64,000 nt of DNA from assembly GCA_013239625.1 (NCBI GenBank), contig MU053334.1, positions 62,001-126,000 of the forward strand, given 5' to 3'. This DNA comes from Lama guanicoe. Lineage: Eukaryota. Position 1 is the stretch's first letter, and the number at the start of each line of letters is the position of its first letter. The position numbers and the translations under genes are program-made. This document shows positions 1 to 12,100 of this stretch, one piece after another. Under the pieces are notes generated by a model. That model did no database searches and was not told where the DNA came from. It was given only the letters and a program-made list of their open reading frames with translations.

Positions 1-785
1 ACACAGCACACCACATCGACCATTAGGACAGGGTCCCTCCGAGGGGGAGTCTAAGTCCACCTGAGGCCCTGACTAAGCCCCCACTCCCCACCAGGCTGCT
101 CCACCCTCCACCCTCCACCCCCACGCCTGGGAGAGGAGATGAGGCCTGCCCAGGCGTCCTGGCATCTGCCCGCCCAGAGGCCGCTCTGGGCCTTCTCCAC
201 GACCAGATTTTCACAGTGAACTTGAGAATACGCAACAGTGAAGGCGGGCCTGGGGAACCTCCACCTCTGGGAGGGGCACATCATTGGGCAGCACAAATGG
301 GCCTTCAGAGTCCTGACTCCAAGAGTGGCCTTGCTGAAGGGGCAGAAGTGCACAAAAAAGCCAAATCTGCCACTATCCTCCTCAAGAACGTTCCCAGAGG
401 TGTCCCTCAAGAGGGTGGTTCTGGAGGTTCCGGTCCTGATGTCCCAGGGTCTGACCACAACACCCGTGCCTGCCCAGGGCTGCCTTCAGCTTGGCGGACA
501 TCCGGCAGGCCGTCCCAGGAGCCCTGCATATCCTGGCACTCTGAGATACACAGGGAAAAAAAAGAGTTCCCTCCAAGAGAGCATCTGGGCCTACCCGAGC
601 CCCCTCATGGGAGCAGCGAAGTCCTCTGACTGTCCCCCATTTCCCCCTCCCACCCCACTGCTGGGTGCAGACCGGCAAGCCCAGTCCATCGGGAAGCCCT
701 GGCCTCCCACCCACCTAGGCGAGCACCCTTGACCCTGTATGGCCGTCCCCTGCCGGACAGAGAAGGGTCACTGAGGGGCCAGGGC

Positions 786-892
786 GGTCGCGCAGCCCAG
801 GGACAGATCAGCCGCTGTCACACGCACAGTGGGTCCGAAGCAGCGCAATGTGCAGTGGGCAGTGGCTGCCCTGCGCCTGGAGGGACCGCCGG
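786..892 (-). ncRNA. MIR210: pre-miR-210 hairpin (3p arm 808-829, 5p arm 846-867)
   Basis: The reverse complement of 808-829 is CTGTGCGTGTGACAGCGGCTGA, the canonical miR-210-3p. 846-867 gives AGCCACTGCCCACTGCACATTG, a 5p arm that pairs with it. Position upstream of PHRF1 is syntenic. Precursor ends are approximate. Confidence 0.97.
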
Positions 893-949
893 CAGGGCGG
901 AGGGGTCGTCCCCCACCCCCGACCCCTTCCTCCCCTCCAAACTGGCTGT

Positions 950-1670
950 AAGAGCCCGCTGCCCTTGCTCGGCCCGAGGTCCCGCCCGCCAGCCTGGGAC
1001 CCCCTCGCGCGTCACCTGCGACCCTGGCGCGGGGCCGTCGCCGGCTCTCGGCCCAACTTCGGTGGTGGCCGCGGCCCCCTCGCGCCCCCCGTCAGCCCCG
1101 CGCCCCGCGCCCCGCGCCCGGCCCGTATGCAAATACAGAACTCCCGCAGCCAATGGCAGGCCGAGCCGGGCCCGCCCTGCCGCGTCGCAGCCAGTGGGCG
1201 CGAGCCGGGTACGGGTCGCCACACCCACCGCCGCGCGGCCCCTCGCGGGCGCGGCCGGCGCGTTCTTTTCCGCACGTCGGCCTCGGGGCGGGGCCGCCAC
1301 CTGCCGGGCGGGGCCTGCGGGCGCCGCGCTGCCGCCTGGCCCCGAAGCCGCTCCCCCGCCGGCAGAAGCGGGTGGTACGACCCTGGGCGCTACCTCGAGG
1401 GCCCCCGCGGTGGAACAGCCCAGTCGCCTCCTCGCCGCCGGATCCCGCCGGGCTCCCGGGCACGTAGCCCGGGCATCGCCCTCAAGATCACCTGCTGCCC
1501 GCACGCCCTGCACCCACTCCGGGCGGTCCGGCTGGCGGGAGGGGGCTCACACAGGCCGACCCGGGGGACTCCTGGTCACTCCTGTGGGACCTGCCGCCAT
1601 TAAAGGCTCTAGTGCGAGTCCGGAGCGTCGACCGCACCGGGCGCAGGACCCTGGGCGGCTCGTCCGCATC
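950..1670 (-). promoter_or_regulatory. MIR210HG: MIR210HG CpG-island promoter with HRE cores, octamer, CCAAT and GC boxes
   Basis: Very CpG-dense. ACGTGC on - at 1272-1277 and TACGTG on - at 1461-1466 (HIF RCGTG cores), ATGCAAAT at 1127-1134, CCAAT at 1150-1154, GGGGCGGGG near 1285. Possible minus-strand donor CAG|GTGAC near 1015. Confidence 0.75.
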
Positions 1671-2701
1671 GTTTGCCTCATCCTATTCTGGCATTCAAAA
1701 GGGGTAAATCAAGGGAACAGACTGTTTCAGATCTGGAGTTACCAACTTCTGGTGGCGCCCCCTTCTCTTCACACTCTCCTCCTGGCCTCCGGAGGCCGAA
1801 TTATGGGTCACTGGGACCCCTAATTGGGCAGAGAGGTGCCTGATCCCCTTTGTTCCCGGCACAGAGGTTCTCATAAGACGCTTGTGTCCCTCGCCTCAAA
1901 TAAGCAAGCGCTCCCCTCTTCCCCAACCTCCCACAAATCAACCAGAGTCTCTGGCATCTGCCTCAGAGCCTGGTCTTCCCTGGAGGACCCCATTCTCCTG
2001 GCTCCAGGCAGCTCCAAAGGACACTTCTGCCCCCACTGTCAGACTGGTCCTTGGCCCAGGGGCAGCACCTCCTCAACCTCAGCCACCCTGGAGGTTCTCC
2101 TGTAGCCCTCCTGCCCTTCAACTCACCGCCCTACTCCTTGTCCCCCCTGCATCCCACTCAAGCCTGGGCTGGAGCCCACCAGCTGCCCTAAAACCAGCCT
2201 GATCCTCCTGCACCCTTTCCACCATCTCAGTCATTTCATTTCTTCCTTCAGAACTGGTGCCCAGATGGCTAAGTGCTGAGGCTCCAGGGATGCATCTGGC
2301 CCTGCCTGGGACCTCAGGAGCATGAAGCCTAAATGTAGAAATTCAAGTGCAGTGTGTTGTGGGGTTTGGCCCTATGGGTGGGGAGGGAGCACAAAGGAAC
2401 AAGGAGCCGGAGCAGTTCTATTGGGGTCAGAAGTTGAGGGGTTTGCAAAGCCTGGACTGTGTGGGTCTTGAAGGAACACTTAGGAATCTGTGGGATCCCT
2501 GAGGAGGCCCACACCTTCAGGACAGGCCATGATTGGGGGTTCGCAGACATGGCAGAGGTCTGGAGAGAAGAAGTCTAGGATTCAGGGACAAGGACAGGCC
2601 AGAAGTCAGGGTGACTCCAAGTTCCTATCTTGTCCTGCTGGTATGACCCCCAATAGTGCCCCCCAATCCTGCTGGTTCTGACTTCACCCCTTATCACCCT
2701 C

Positions 2702-3250
2702 TGCAGTGGGCTGAATGGTGCTCCCAGACAAATTTATGTTATATCCCAATGCCTAGACCCTGTGAATGTCGCTTTACATAGAAAAAGGGTCTTTTCAGCT
2801 GTAATTAAGTTACAGATCTTGATGCGATCATCCTGGATTATCTGAGTGGGTTCCGATCCAATGATGAGTGTGCTTATAAGAGACAGAGGCAAGAGACAGA
2901 TACAGAGGGAGGAAGGTCATGTGGAAACCAAGGCAGAGATTGCAGTGAGGCTGCCACAAGCCAGGGAAGCCTGGAATAAAAACCAAAAGCAGCAAGAAAG
3001 GATTCTCTCTCTAGATTTCAGAGTGAGCACAATGCGTGGGAATAGGGCTCAGAGGTACAGTGTGTGCTTGGTGTGCAAGAGGTCCTGGGTTCTAACCCCA
3101 GGGCCTCTGTTATTGGCAGAGGGAGGGAAGACACAGCTATCAGCCTAGATTTTGGACTTCTGGCCTTCAGGAATGTCAGAGAACAAATGTGTTGTTTTAA
3201 GCCACCCAGTCTGTGGTCATTTGTTATGGCAGCCCCAGGACACTGATACA
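2702..3250 (+). mobile_element. MaLR (MLT1-like) LTR remnant interrupted by a SINE
   Basis: Starts TG(C)AGTGGGCTGAATGG, contains 'tgtgaatgt..gggtctttt..gtaattaagtta' and ends 'tgttttaagccacccagtctgtggtcatttgttatggcagccccaggacactgataca', typical of MLT1 LTRs. Confidence 0.75.
3037..3112 (+). mobile_element. tRNA-derived SINE (camelid-type), degenerate
   Basis: gggaatagggctcagaggtacagtgtgtgcttggtgtgcaagaggtcctgggttctaacccca, with A-box and B-box like motifs. Same family as the copies at 49144, 57420 and 57908. Confidence 0.7.
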
Positions 3251-4949
3251 CCAACTTTCCTAAGTTACGGAATGCAGACCTGTGCATTTGCACAGGCCTG
3301 ATGACAGGGGAAGAGGCTGGCCAAGGGAGCTCCTTGTGCAGCTCCCCCTTCCATACACACATGGGAAGGGGCATGCACACAGTGTCTGGGCCAGCACACA
3401 CCTGGAACCCAAAGAGGGCTTCAGGGTACAGGTCTGTGAGGGGCATGTAGGCAGAGCGCACATGCGTGTCCTTGCCTGGCACTAGCACGAGAAGCGGCAG
3501 TGAGTGGCCAGCCATTGTGCCCGGGGGCGACAACACTGAAGGTGGAGTACACAAGGAAGGTGCATGCATGCACGTGGGAGGTGAGTTGTTTGTTGGGTGG
3601 GTGGGTAGAGGGTGTCAGGTGGGAGGTACAGATATGTGCCTATGCTCCCAAGAGGTAGCAGCTTTGCTGAGTTTGGGACCAGACCAGTGGTTCGGGCAGT
3701 TCCCTGGGGACATATCTCGGTCTGCGCAAAGGATGGCATGGCTGGGTAGGTTGTGCACTGCGGACATGTTTGCAGCTCATCACAGATACACGTTTCTCAT
3801 GACAATTTTCCAGCAGCCCTGAGGAGCAGCTGCAGATGAAGGTGGGAGGGGCTGGTTCCTCTCCAAGGGTGCTCCAAGTTGGCCATAAGCTGCTTGTCCC
3901 AGACCTTCTCAGGAGCTTCAGTGGAGTGATGCCAACCCACCCCCATTTGGGGCTCTCCACTGGACAGGGTCCTTACATCTTGTGGTCTCTGGCAGGAAGG
4001 CATGTGTGTGTAGAAGGGCCAGCACAGGCCAGCCACTCCCCCCACCCCCAACAGAGATTTTCTCCAGGCTCCCTCACTTCTCTGGCACCATCCACACCCA
4101 TGCTTCCTTTCTGCAAAGTCCTTTCTAGAACGTGTAAGCATGGGGATTATTTCTCCTGTTGCAAACAGAAAAAACAAAACCACCCTCTCTTGGTGGGATA
4201 CTTCTTAGTGGCCTCCACTTTTGTTTCCCACTCGGTGCTGCTGTCTGATTATTCTCCTCCCATTCTCTTTAAACTCCCTCCAGCTCCCCCACCCCCAGCG
4301 CTGCTCTGCGCCTGACCCCCATCTCCCTCCACTCAGAGGTTCTCCTGGATGCGCCTTCTCCTTCTGGCTTCCAGAAACCCTCTCCTGGTTTAACCCTTTT
4401 ACCTGGCATCTCATATCTAACCCCTCAGCAAACTCGCTTCAGTTCTGTCTTCAGAATCTACCAGGAGCAGATAGCTTCCCACACAAGCGCTGCCCCAACC
4501 TGAGCCCGCACCACGGTGGCCCCTGACTCACCTAAGTGGCTTCCTGACTGGTCTCCCAGGTCTGCCCCAGCAGCTCCAGTCTGTTCACACGCTGCCGCCC
4601 CCGGGGACTCTATAAGCCAGCACCTGTCATCCCTGCTCATTATCCTCCAGTGCCCCCGGAGCCTCTGGCCGCTCCCCGCCCGGGCCCACCCTCGTGGGCC
4701 TCCCTTGTGGGTTCCCGGTTGCTTCTCCGAGATCTCCCCACGGCTGCCCCTCTCTGCTCTCACGTCTTGGCAATGTCCATCCTCACCAGCCACCACTGGC
4801 CAGTCCTCTCTGCTCCCGCCGCGGATCCTGCTCTATCTTTTTATCAGAGCACGAATCAGCTTCTCACACACCACGCGGCGTAGTGATTCGCAGCGTTCAT
4901 TGTTTACTGTGTCTGGACCGGACTGGACACGGGTCTGGGGGCTCGTCCT

Positions 4950-5481
4950 CGCTGCGGGGAGAGCCCGCGCAGAGGACTCCATCAGTTTGGCCAGAGTGTA
5001 CGGACGGCGCGAAGTCGCTGGCCCCGAGAGCGCCACCACAGCGGCCAGGCCGGACTGTAGCCGGCTCGCGCTCTGGGTCTGGCGGCTGGAGGGGTGGGCG
5101 GGGGAGATGGGGGCTGGTCACCGAGTGGGGGCGGGGCCCAGGCTGTAGGCGGGACCCTAGGTGTGCAAGACGGCCGCTCCCATTCGCTCCGGGCGGCGGG
5201 CGAGGGTCGGACTATGCCATCTTCCTGACGGAGGAGGACAGCGCGGCACAGCCCACTAGCGGGGGCTTAGATACCTAAAGTTCTCCCAGGAAACTGGTCC
5301 CCTTGGAAAATGCTAGTGCGCTAAACAGTATTCCCAAGCCTCGAGATCCCCGACTGCAGGGAGTGGCTCCTTCCTCCACCTCAGGCCCTTTTTCCCCACC
5401 CGGGTCCCGGTGGTTTCTGCCAACGGGCGGGGCGGGAGGGCCCCGGAAGCCGGCTCCATGCACTTCCGGGTCGAGGAGCGC

Positions 5482-5513
<32 letters not shown>

Positions 5514-5960
5514 CGGGCCGAGTCGTGGCTCTCGCTCGGGCGGCGGCGGCGGCGAGCGTCCAGGAGCGGCCAGCGGGGCTCGAGGTTCCGGGTACGTACG
5601 GGGGCTGCGGCCTCCCGGGGTCCCTGCCGCGCGCCGTCCGGAGCGCCGGCCCGGGCGCCGCGCGCTTTGTCTGCGGCCTGCTCGGCGGTGCGAGGGCTGC
5701 GCCGCGCTGGCCCCGGGCGGGCGGCAGCAGCAAGGTGCCCGGGCGGGCGCGGGGGACCTCGCGCAGAGGCTGGGAGTCCCCGAGCCTGCGGGCGGGTTTC
5801 GGGGGTGGCCGCCTTCCTGTTCCTGGTCGCGGGCATCTCGCCGCCTGGTCCTGTGACACCCGCCTCTGCGCTGTCGCTTTCCCCGCGCTGAGCGTGACCC
5901 TTTGCCAACTCGTTTCCGGCTCCTGGTCGTCATGCTTTTATCGGCTTCGTCTGTGTTTTG
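4950..5960 (+). promoter_or_regulatory. PHRF1: PHRF1 CpG-island promoter and non-coding exon 1 (donor after 5591)
   Basis: CpG island with GC boxes, paired ETS/GABP cores (CCGGAAG near 5442, CACTTCCGG at 5461), YY1-like GCCATCTT near 5216, and donor CCGG|GTACGT at 5591/5592. Confidence 0.75.
5482..5511 (+). repeat. (GCG)10 trinucleotide repeat in PHRF1 5' UTR
   Basis: Ten perfect GCG units; a second (GGC)5 at 5539-5553. Confidence 0.95.
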
Positions 5961-6004
5961 ACAGGCCCGTGTGGTTTACAGGGTGGTTTCCCGTTCCTTA
6001 ACTC

Positions 6005-6160
6005 ACGTAGTCTTCACAGCAATCTCTCGGGAGTAGGTATTGGCCTTCCTGTTTTATAGCTGAATAGACTGGAGCCCAGAGAGGTTAAGTAACTTGCCAA
6101 CGTCACACAGCTACTGAGCGCAGAGCCAGGGCACTGTGTTAACCCAAGCCTTGATTCCTG
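6005..6160 (+). mobile_element. MIR SINE
   Basis: MIR core: 'ttttatagctgaatagactggagcccagagaggttaagtaacttgccaacgtcacacagcta'. Confidence 0.75.
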
Positions 6161-9132
6161 GTCCTTTTTTTTTTTTTAAACGAGACTTGTAGCACTGTCA
6201 ACGTTGGAGTTTATATATTCTTGTTTCTTCAGCATCAGAGTAGTAGTCGGCCTGGTGAGCCACATTTTGGCCAGTGGTTGGCTGGACAGAACCTGAAGCC
6301 TTAGTGAGGTTTGACTTGGGACTTGGCACACCTTCCCTCTGCGTGGACCACTTGGCATTTTTTCTTACGGGAAGAATGTTGAGTCAGAATGACAGCAGCT
6401 GGTTCTTTCTTTGCACCTGGCTGGTGGCAAGGCCCTGGCTGGGCCAGCCTGGCTTTCGTTTTCTCAGCAGCCCCCCAGCATGGACTCCTGGTGTTATCCC
6501 AGCCCTGCAAAGACCTTTATGGCCCTTATTGACTTCCGCTGCAGATTACAGTTTTGAGGTCTTGTAGACTCTGTGGAGACGATGAATGAAAAATGACAGT
6601 TGGCCTGGTGTGAGGTGTGGGACCAGGCAGGCTTATTCAGGGCCTGGCAGTGGGCACTCAGGTTGTGGTCCTGGCACAGTTGCCAGTCACCACACCAGGA
6701 ACCTTTTGGTTCCTTCGCAATGGCTGGAATTGCAGGTGTTTTGGGTCTTGGAATTTGGAAAGAGAAATACTCTTTCTGGCATAAAATTTCCCTCTAATTC
6801 CCCCAAATCTGGAGGTGGAGCGGGAAAACCACAGAGCACTGCCAGCGCTGACAAAGGTGGCCAGCAACCGAGAAGGGCAATGGGCTTTACTGACCATTGG
6901 TTTGGAACATCCGAGCAGAAGTGGCAGGCATGTCTGAACTGGAGCTGCTGGTGGGGCCAAGAGGTCCTAAGTGGGGGTCCCCATTAACACTTGCTCTGAC
7001 GAGAAAGGGGGTGCTGGGGGTTGCTCACTGTGGTTTCCTCCTCAGTATTTGTACAAGTGCTTGCTCTGGAAGGTACCTTTGGAGGTCCCCGGGCTCTGTT
7101 CCCTGGATGCCAACAGAAGTTACTCTTGTGTGACTACACGGGAAGGGATGCTTCTCCCCTCACATGACTGAAGCTCGCCTGCTGCCTGGGGGAGGGTGTG
7201 AGGAGGCCTTTGGAGATTTTCTCGCCAGCTATGATGGGAGTGTGTACACGTCTCTCGGGACTAGACCCCCCAGCTGTGGGGACACGGGGAGTTGAGCCTC
7301 ATTCCTCAGCTGGTATTTCTGGCAAGCCCAGTGTGCCAGAGCCAGCGGGCCTCACTGCCCCTCACAGGCAGACCTAGGTCTCAGTCACCCAGGAAGAAGC
7401 TGGGGCTGTTTGTACTTTTGACCTTGTGTGTGTGAACTGTCCCTAGCAGGTTACTTGTTGTGACGTTTTCCCTGTTAGCTTCATGGGTGTGAGCACTTAT
7501 CTCCCTCAGTAGGCTATGTTTCTCCAGGGCAGGAACCACACTGCATACACAGTAGGGGCAGAGCGGGTGTTAGAGCAGGTGTCCCAGAATGACGCTGTTA
7601 AGTCCAGTCACAGCTGCAGCCAGAGGGTGACAGGTCCTCTTACATGCAGTGGCGCTGTAGCCATTGTGCTCACGGAAAAGGCGTCATCCTCCTAGACAGA
7701 TGGCGGCACCATCATGTCCGTTAGTCTGTGTTTCTCTAGCAGGAGTTGTGGCCAGGACGCAGGTGTGGGGCAGATAGGGCCCCTGCTGTGTCGCTGATCC
7801 GTCAGGTGTTGGGGGTGCAGACCCTTAGCGGGTCTGTGGGCGGACTGTGGCGGATTTTCTTAACCTTAGGGTACTAGGAAGAAGAAAAGTGGGAGCTTTA
7901 GGAGGTCAGTAATTCCACAAAACCTCCTCTTAGTTTACTTTTTCCAGATAGAAGTTGCCCTCACCATTTAGAAAACACCTTCCTAGAATCCAGGCTTTGT
8001 ATGGGAAGCGAGGCCCTCTGGGGTCTGAATCTGGCCTCGGCACCACCAGGAGACTGTCATCTGGGGGCACCTGTACAATCTCTGCTGATTGCCAGGTGCA
8101 CGGGAAGCATGTGTGGCCCACGGGAGAGGAGCCTGCCTGTGGAACGAGCCTTTCCTGGTTTCTGGGCACACCACTGTCAGCTCAGCCCCCTACCCCTGGT
8201 TCTTGCTTTGCCCCTCTGCCTTCTGGTCTCTCCTGTGACCCCTTTCCTTTGACCACGGAGACCAGACTTGGTCGGAAGCACACTCTGACAAGAAGAGGCG
8301 TTTCTCCCCTGTGCTGTTGTTGAGAAGGGTCTCCTCTCAGGGTCACCTGGAAAGTGAGGTGAGCAGCACTGATGGGAAAGGAACCCTGATTTGGAGACCA
8401 AAGTCGGAGGCCCTGGTGTGGGAGGGTGTTTGTGTCTCACTATAGTCTACACCTGTGAGGGCATTTGTCCAGGTTCTCTGCGTTGTCCTTGCAGTGGTCT
8501 TGCGGCACAGACAGGACAAGTGTCCCCACTTGGAGATCAGGAGCCTAGGAGCAGGTGCACACGGCAGCTGGGAGCCAGACCTCTGCTCACCGTGGGCCTG
8601 TGCGGCTCCTGGGCAGTCAGGTGACTCTTCCATGCCCCGTGGACACTCTGGGGTGAGGTCGGGGGGCCTCCCAGCGGTAGTCAGGTGCACGAAGCCTGTC
8701 TGACTGGCCTTGGCTGAGGGGGGTGTGCTAGGGGATGTGGGGAGAGGGCTCTGCTGCTCACCTGGGACCTTCTGATGACCCCGTCCGTTGAGGTCCTGCT
8801 TTGCCTCAGCTCGTGATAGGCCGTTTCACTGGCGCCTGGCAAGGGGGTACCCAGGGAGAGTTGAGGTGTGGCAGGTGCCTGATTGAGCAAGAATGTCGCC
8901 AGTCTGAGGCTAAATTAGCTTCGTTGTAAGTTGAGATCTGGCTCTGAATGTGGCTCTGTCGATAGGAGCCGTCTGCATGTGTCCGTGTCCAGTTCTGTGT
9001 GCACTATGCCTCCCTGTCCTGGGGTGGATGCATGTCACCAGGCATGCCGTGTGTACAGAGTGACTGTCGCCTGGGACGGTGCAGAATGATTTGACTCTGG
9101 TTTCTTTCAGAGCTGAACTCCAATGTCCAGCA

Positions 9133-12100
9133 ATGGATGACGACAGCCTGGACGAACTTGTTGGCCGAGGCCGAGGGCCAGATGGACACCGGAGACTCAG
9201 TCCTGCTGGCCCGGCCAGTGATGCGGGTGAGCCCCTCGGCCTCTTGCGCCCAGAGCTGGGGAGAGCAGGGCCGCCTTCGTCGGCTCCAGGCCGGCTCTCA
9301 GAGAAGCCCGGTTCCTTTTGGGGGTTGTCTCCACATGTTGGCTTCATCCTTCAGCCTGTAAAAGGTTGCTCATCCTTTTCTTTTAAAGTGCGGAAGTGGT
9401 GCTTTTCTTTGTCTTTCCGTTGAGTGCAATCGATACAAATGTAAATTGAGCCAAAGGCTGCTGCTTTTCCCTGTGACCACGTGTGTTTGCTGGGAACCCT
9501 GTTGGTAGGTGCCCTCTGAACTGCCCCGGCCGTGTTTGTCTCTGCAGATCTAGAAGGAAGCAGTGAGGACCACAGTGGAGGCTCCGAGGATGAGGCCGAC
9601 ACAGGCAGTGAGCACAGTGACGAAGACGAGGAGGGGGCCCTGGAGGACGGGTCTGGTGAGCGCGCTGCCCTGGGTCTCCTCACCGTGGCGGGGTTGCTGC
9701 TCAGCTGGCGTCCTTGGGAAGTGGTTGTCTGAAAGCACACTGGCCAGCTGAGGCTGTGAAGGGCTGGGTCTTGCCTGCCGGTCCCTGCAGCAGGCCTCCT
9801 CTTCAGCTGGAAGGTGGCTCGCTGGGTGGTAGTCCTCACTCGCGTTCAGCTGATGACACAGTGGGAGGCCTCCTTTCTGGTGGTGGCCGGAGGGTAAATG
9901 CCTAAGAGCGTGGAGCAGCAAGAAGGGGCGTCCAGGAAGAGCACAGCCAGACTGGCCTGGCAGGACAGGACCGGGTTAGCATGGGCTGAGGTTTGCGAGG
10001 CCCGAGGACCACCTGCCTGGGACTCGAGCTTGTGTTGCCGTGTGCTGAGTTTCTGACTTCAGGCGTTATCTGTTCAGGCCTGATGGTGAAAGGTGAGAGC
10101 TTAGGGCCTGACCTGCAGCCCCACCCCAGCTCCCCAGGCGGCACGAGCTAGGACCTGCGGCCTGCTTGGCGTGCAGCCCTCCGTGCTCAGCCTTGTCCTC
10201 TGGGTGCCGGGCCCCAGCTCGCGCCCGTCTCTTTCCAGCCTGGGCACCCTGGTCTGGTCGGGACCTGTCTCCAGCAGCCTCGAGACAAGTGAGGGGTGGG
10301 TGGCTCTGGGTCTTGTGCACCTGCCTGTGTCTTTATCCGCCTCACCTTTGTGGTCACTGCTCCTTGGAGACGTCAGAGACGTCCTCTGTGGGCCAGGACC
10401 CTGCAGATGGCCAGCTTCCTGCCTTCCCTTCAGTTCCTGAGCCTTCCGGAACTCCAGAGGAAGAACCAGGCCACCTGGCCGCAACCTGCTGTTGGAACCA
10501 ACAGGAAGGAACCAACCTTCCTGTGGCCCTTAGCCAGGCAGGAAGTTGAACAGGGTCAGCTCTCGTCACTTTGCCATGCTCCACAACTCTGTGACATGAG
10601 TTTTGTTCGCGTCCTTGCTGGGAAGTGGGCTGTCACAGACACAGTGGCCGAGGGCAGCACGCATGTTCTCAGTTTTGTGGGTCAGCCCGGTAGGTACCTG
10701 GTCGTCCGCTGGGGTCTCGCCTCATGGACATCGAGGGTCATGGGGCCACAGTCCCATCAGAGGCCCAGACTTCTCCCCCAGGGTCTCTGCTTGTTGGCTG
10801 AGTTCAGATCCTCATGAGTGTGGGGCTGAATCCTGTTTTCAGGCTGGCTGTTGGGTGGAAGGCCCTCCTCACTCAGAGCCTGGAGGCCGCCCCCTCTGGG
10901 GACAGTTCACATCAGCTGTTTTCTCTCTTGTACGCCAGCAGGGGCTCATCTGTCTGGCTTCTTTCTCTGCAGCCAGCCAGAGAAAAAAACTGCCTTTAAA
11001 GAGCTCAGCTGATAATGTTGAGCTGACTGGGATAATTTTCCTCTGCTGTGTAGCTTCAGGGTCATAAATAAGGTCCTTGCCCACTCTCAAACGGATCAGG
11101 TGGGACTGAGTCTTGGGGGCATGTGAGAGCCCTGCCTGCCACACTGGAGTCTGCTCTCTGCATCCGTGTGAGCGCATATCTTTACTTTAGTAGGGTTGTG
11201 GTGGGGAGAAAACTAATGGAGAAAAAAATGTCTCCTTACTTTCCTGCTGGTCAAGCCCCAGCCTCAAAGCCTTTCAGAAATTGGTGAGACCTGTTGTGGC
11301 CAGATTGCCTAGTCAGCGGTCTTTGCTGTCTGCATCCCAGCAGGAAGGGAAACGAGAAACCTAAGCTGGGGGGTTCAGCTCTCTGACACTGTGCCCGCAG
11401 AAGGGTGCTGTGAGTGCGTGCTGGGAGAGGCTTCCGCAGCTCAGCCTCCTATTTGGGGGCGGCTGGCGTCGCCCCCCCAGGCTCTGCTTCTGCTTGGGGA
11501 GGGGAGGGGTCGCTGGTGTGGCTGCTCAGCCTGGGTTGCGTCCTCTTAGCTGGAAGCAGTTCAGGTGAGATGCCCGCTGAGGTCTGTCCCTCAGGGTGGA
11601 CTTGGAACCCCACATTCCTGGGTGCGGCTGCAGCTTCCAGCGCGCCATCCACCAGTCGTAATCTCCTCTCAAGGCTCGGAAGACTCCGAAGAAGACGGTG
11701 ATGACGTGGACACGTTCGTGACCGTCACGGACACTCAGGGGAAGCTGGAAGCCGACTGTGCGTTCAATTCTGATGATGATTCCGAGAGCTGCCCGATTTG
11801 CCTCAACACTTTCAGGGACCAGGCTGTGGGGACACCTGAGAACTGCACCCATTACTTCTGCCTCGACTGCATCGTGGAGTGGTCCAAGGTGAGCAGGTGG
11901 CTTCTCTCCAGGGTCTCCCTCCCTCTGGGATGGCCTCTGTGGCCCAGCCTGTGGGCACCTCTTGCTGGACTGCCCAGCAGCAGAAGTTGGAGCCGGGGGT
12001 GGGGTCCCGGCTCGGTCTTTGCTCCGTTTCACGCTCTGGCTCTCAGGCTTGTTGGTGAAGCTGGCTGAGGGGCCGTGTGCTCGTGGAGCAGGGTGAGGAG

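Noticed and set aside
729..1823. 364-aa and overlapping ORFs across the MIR210HG CpG island
   Set aside because: Ala/Arg/Pro/Gly-rich with no domain; stop-codon depletion in very GC-rich DNA opens several frames at once.
5275..6001. ORFs with poly-Ala, poly-Arg or poly-Pro at the PHRF1 promoter
   Set aside because: They are translations of the GCG repeat in a CpG island; the real start is at 9133.
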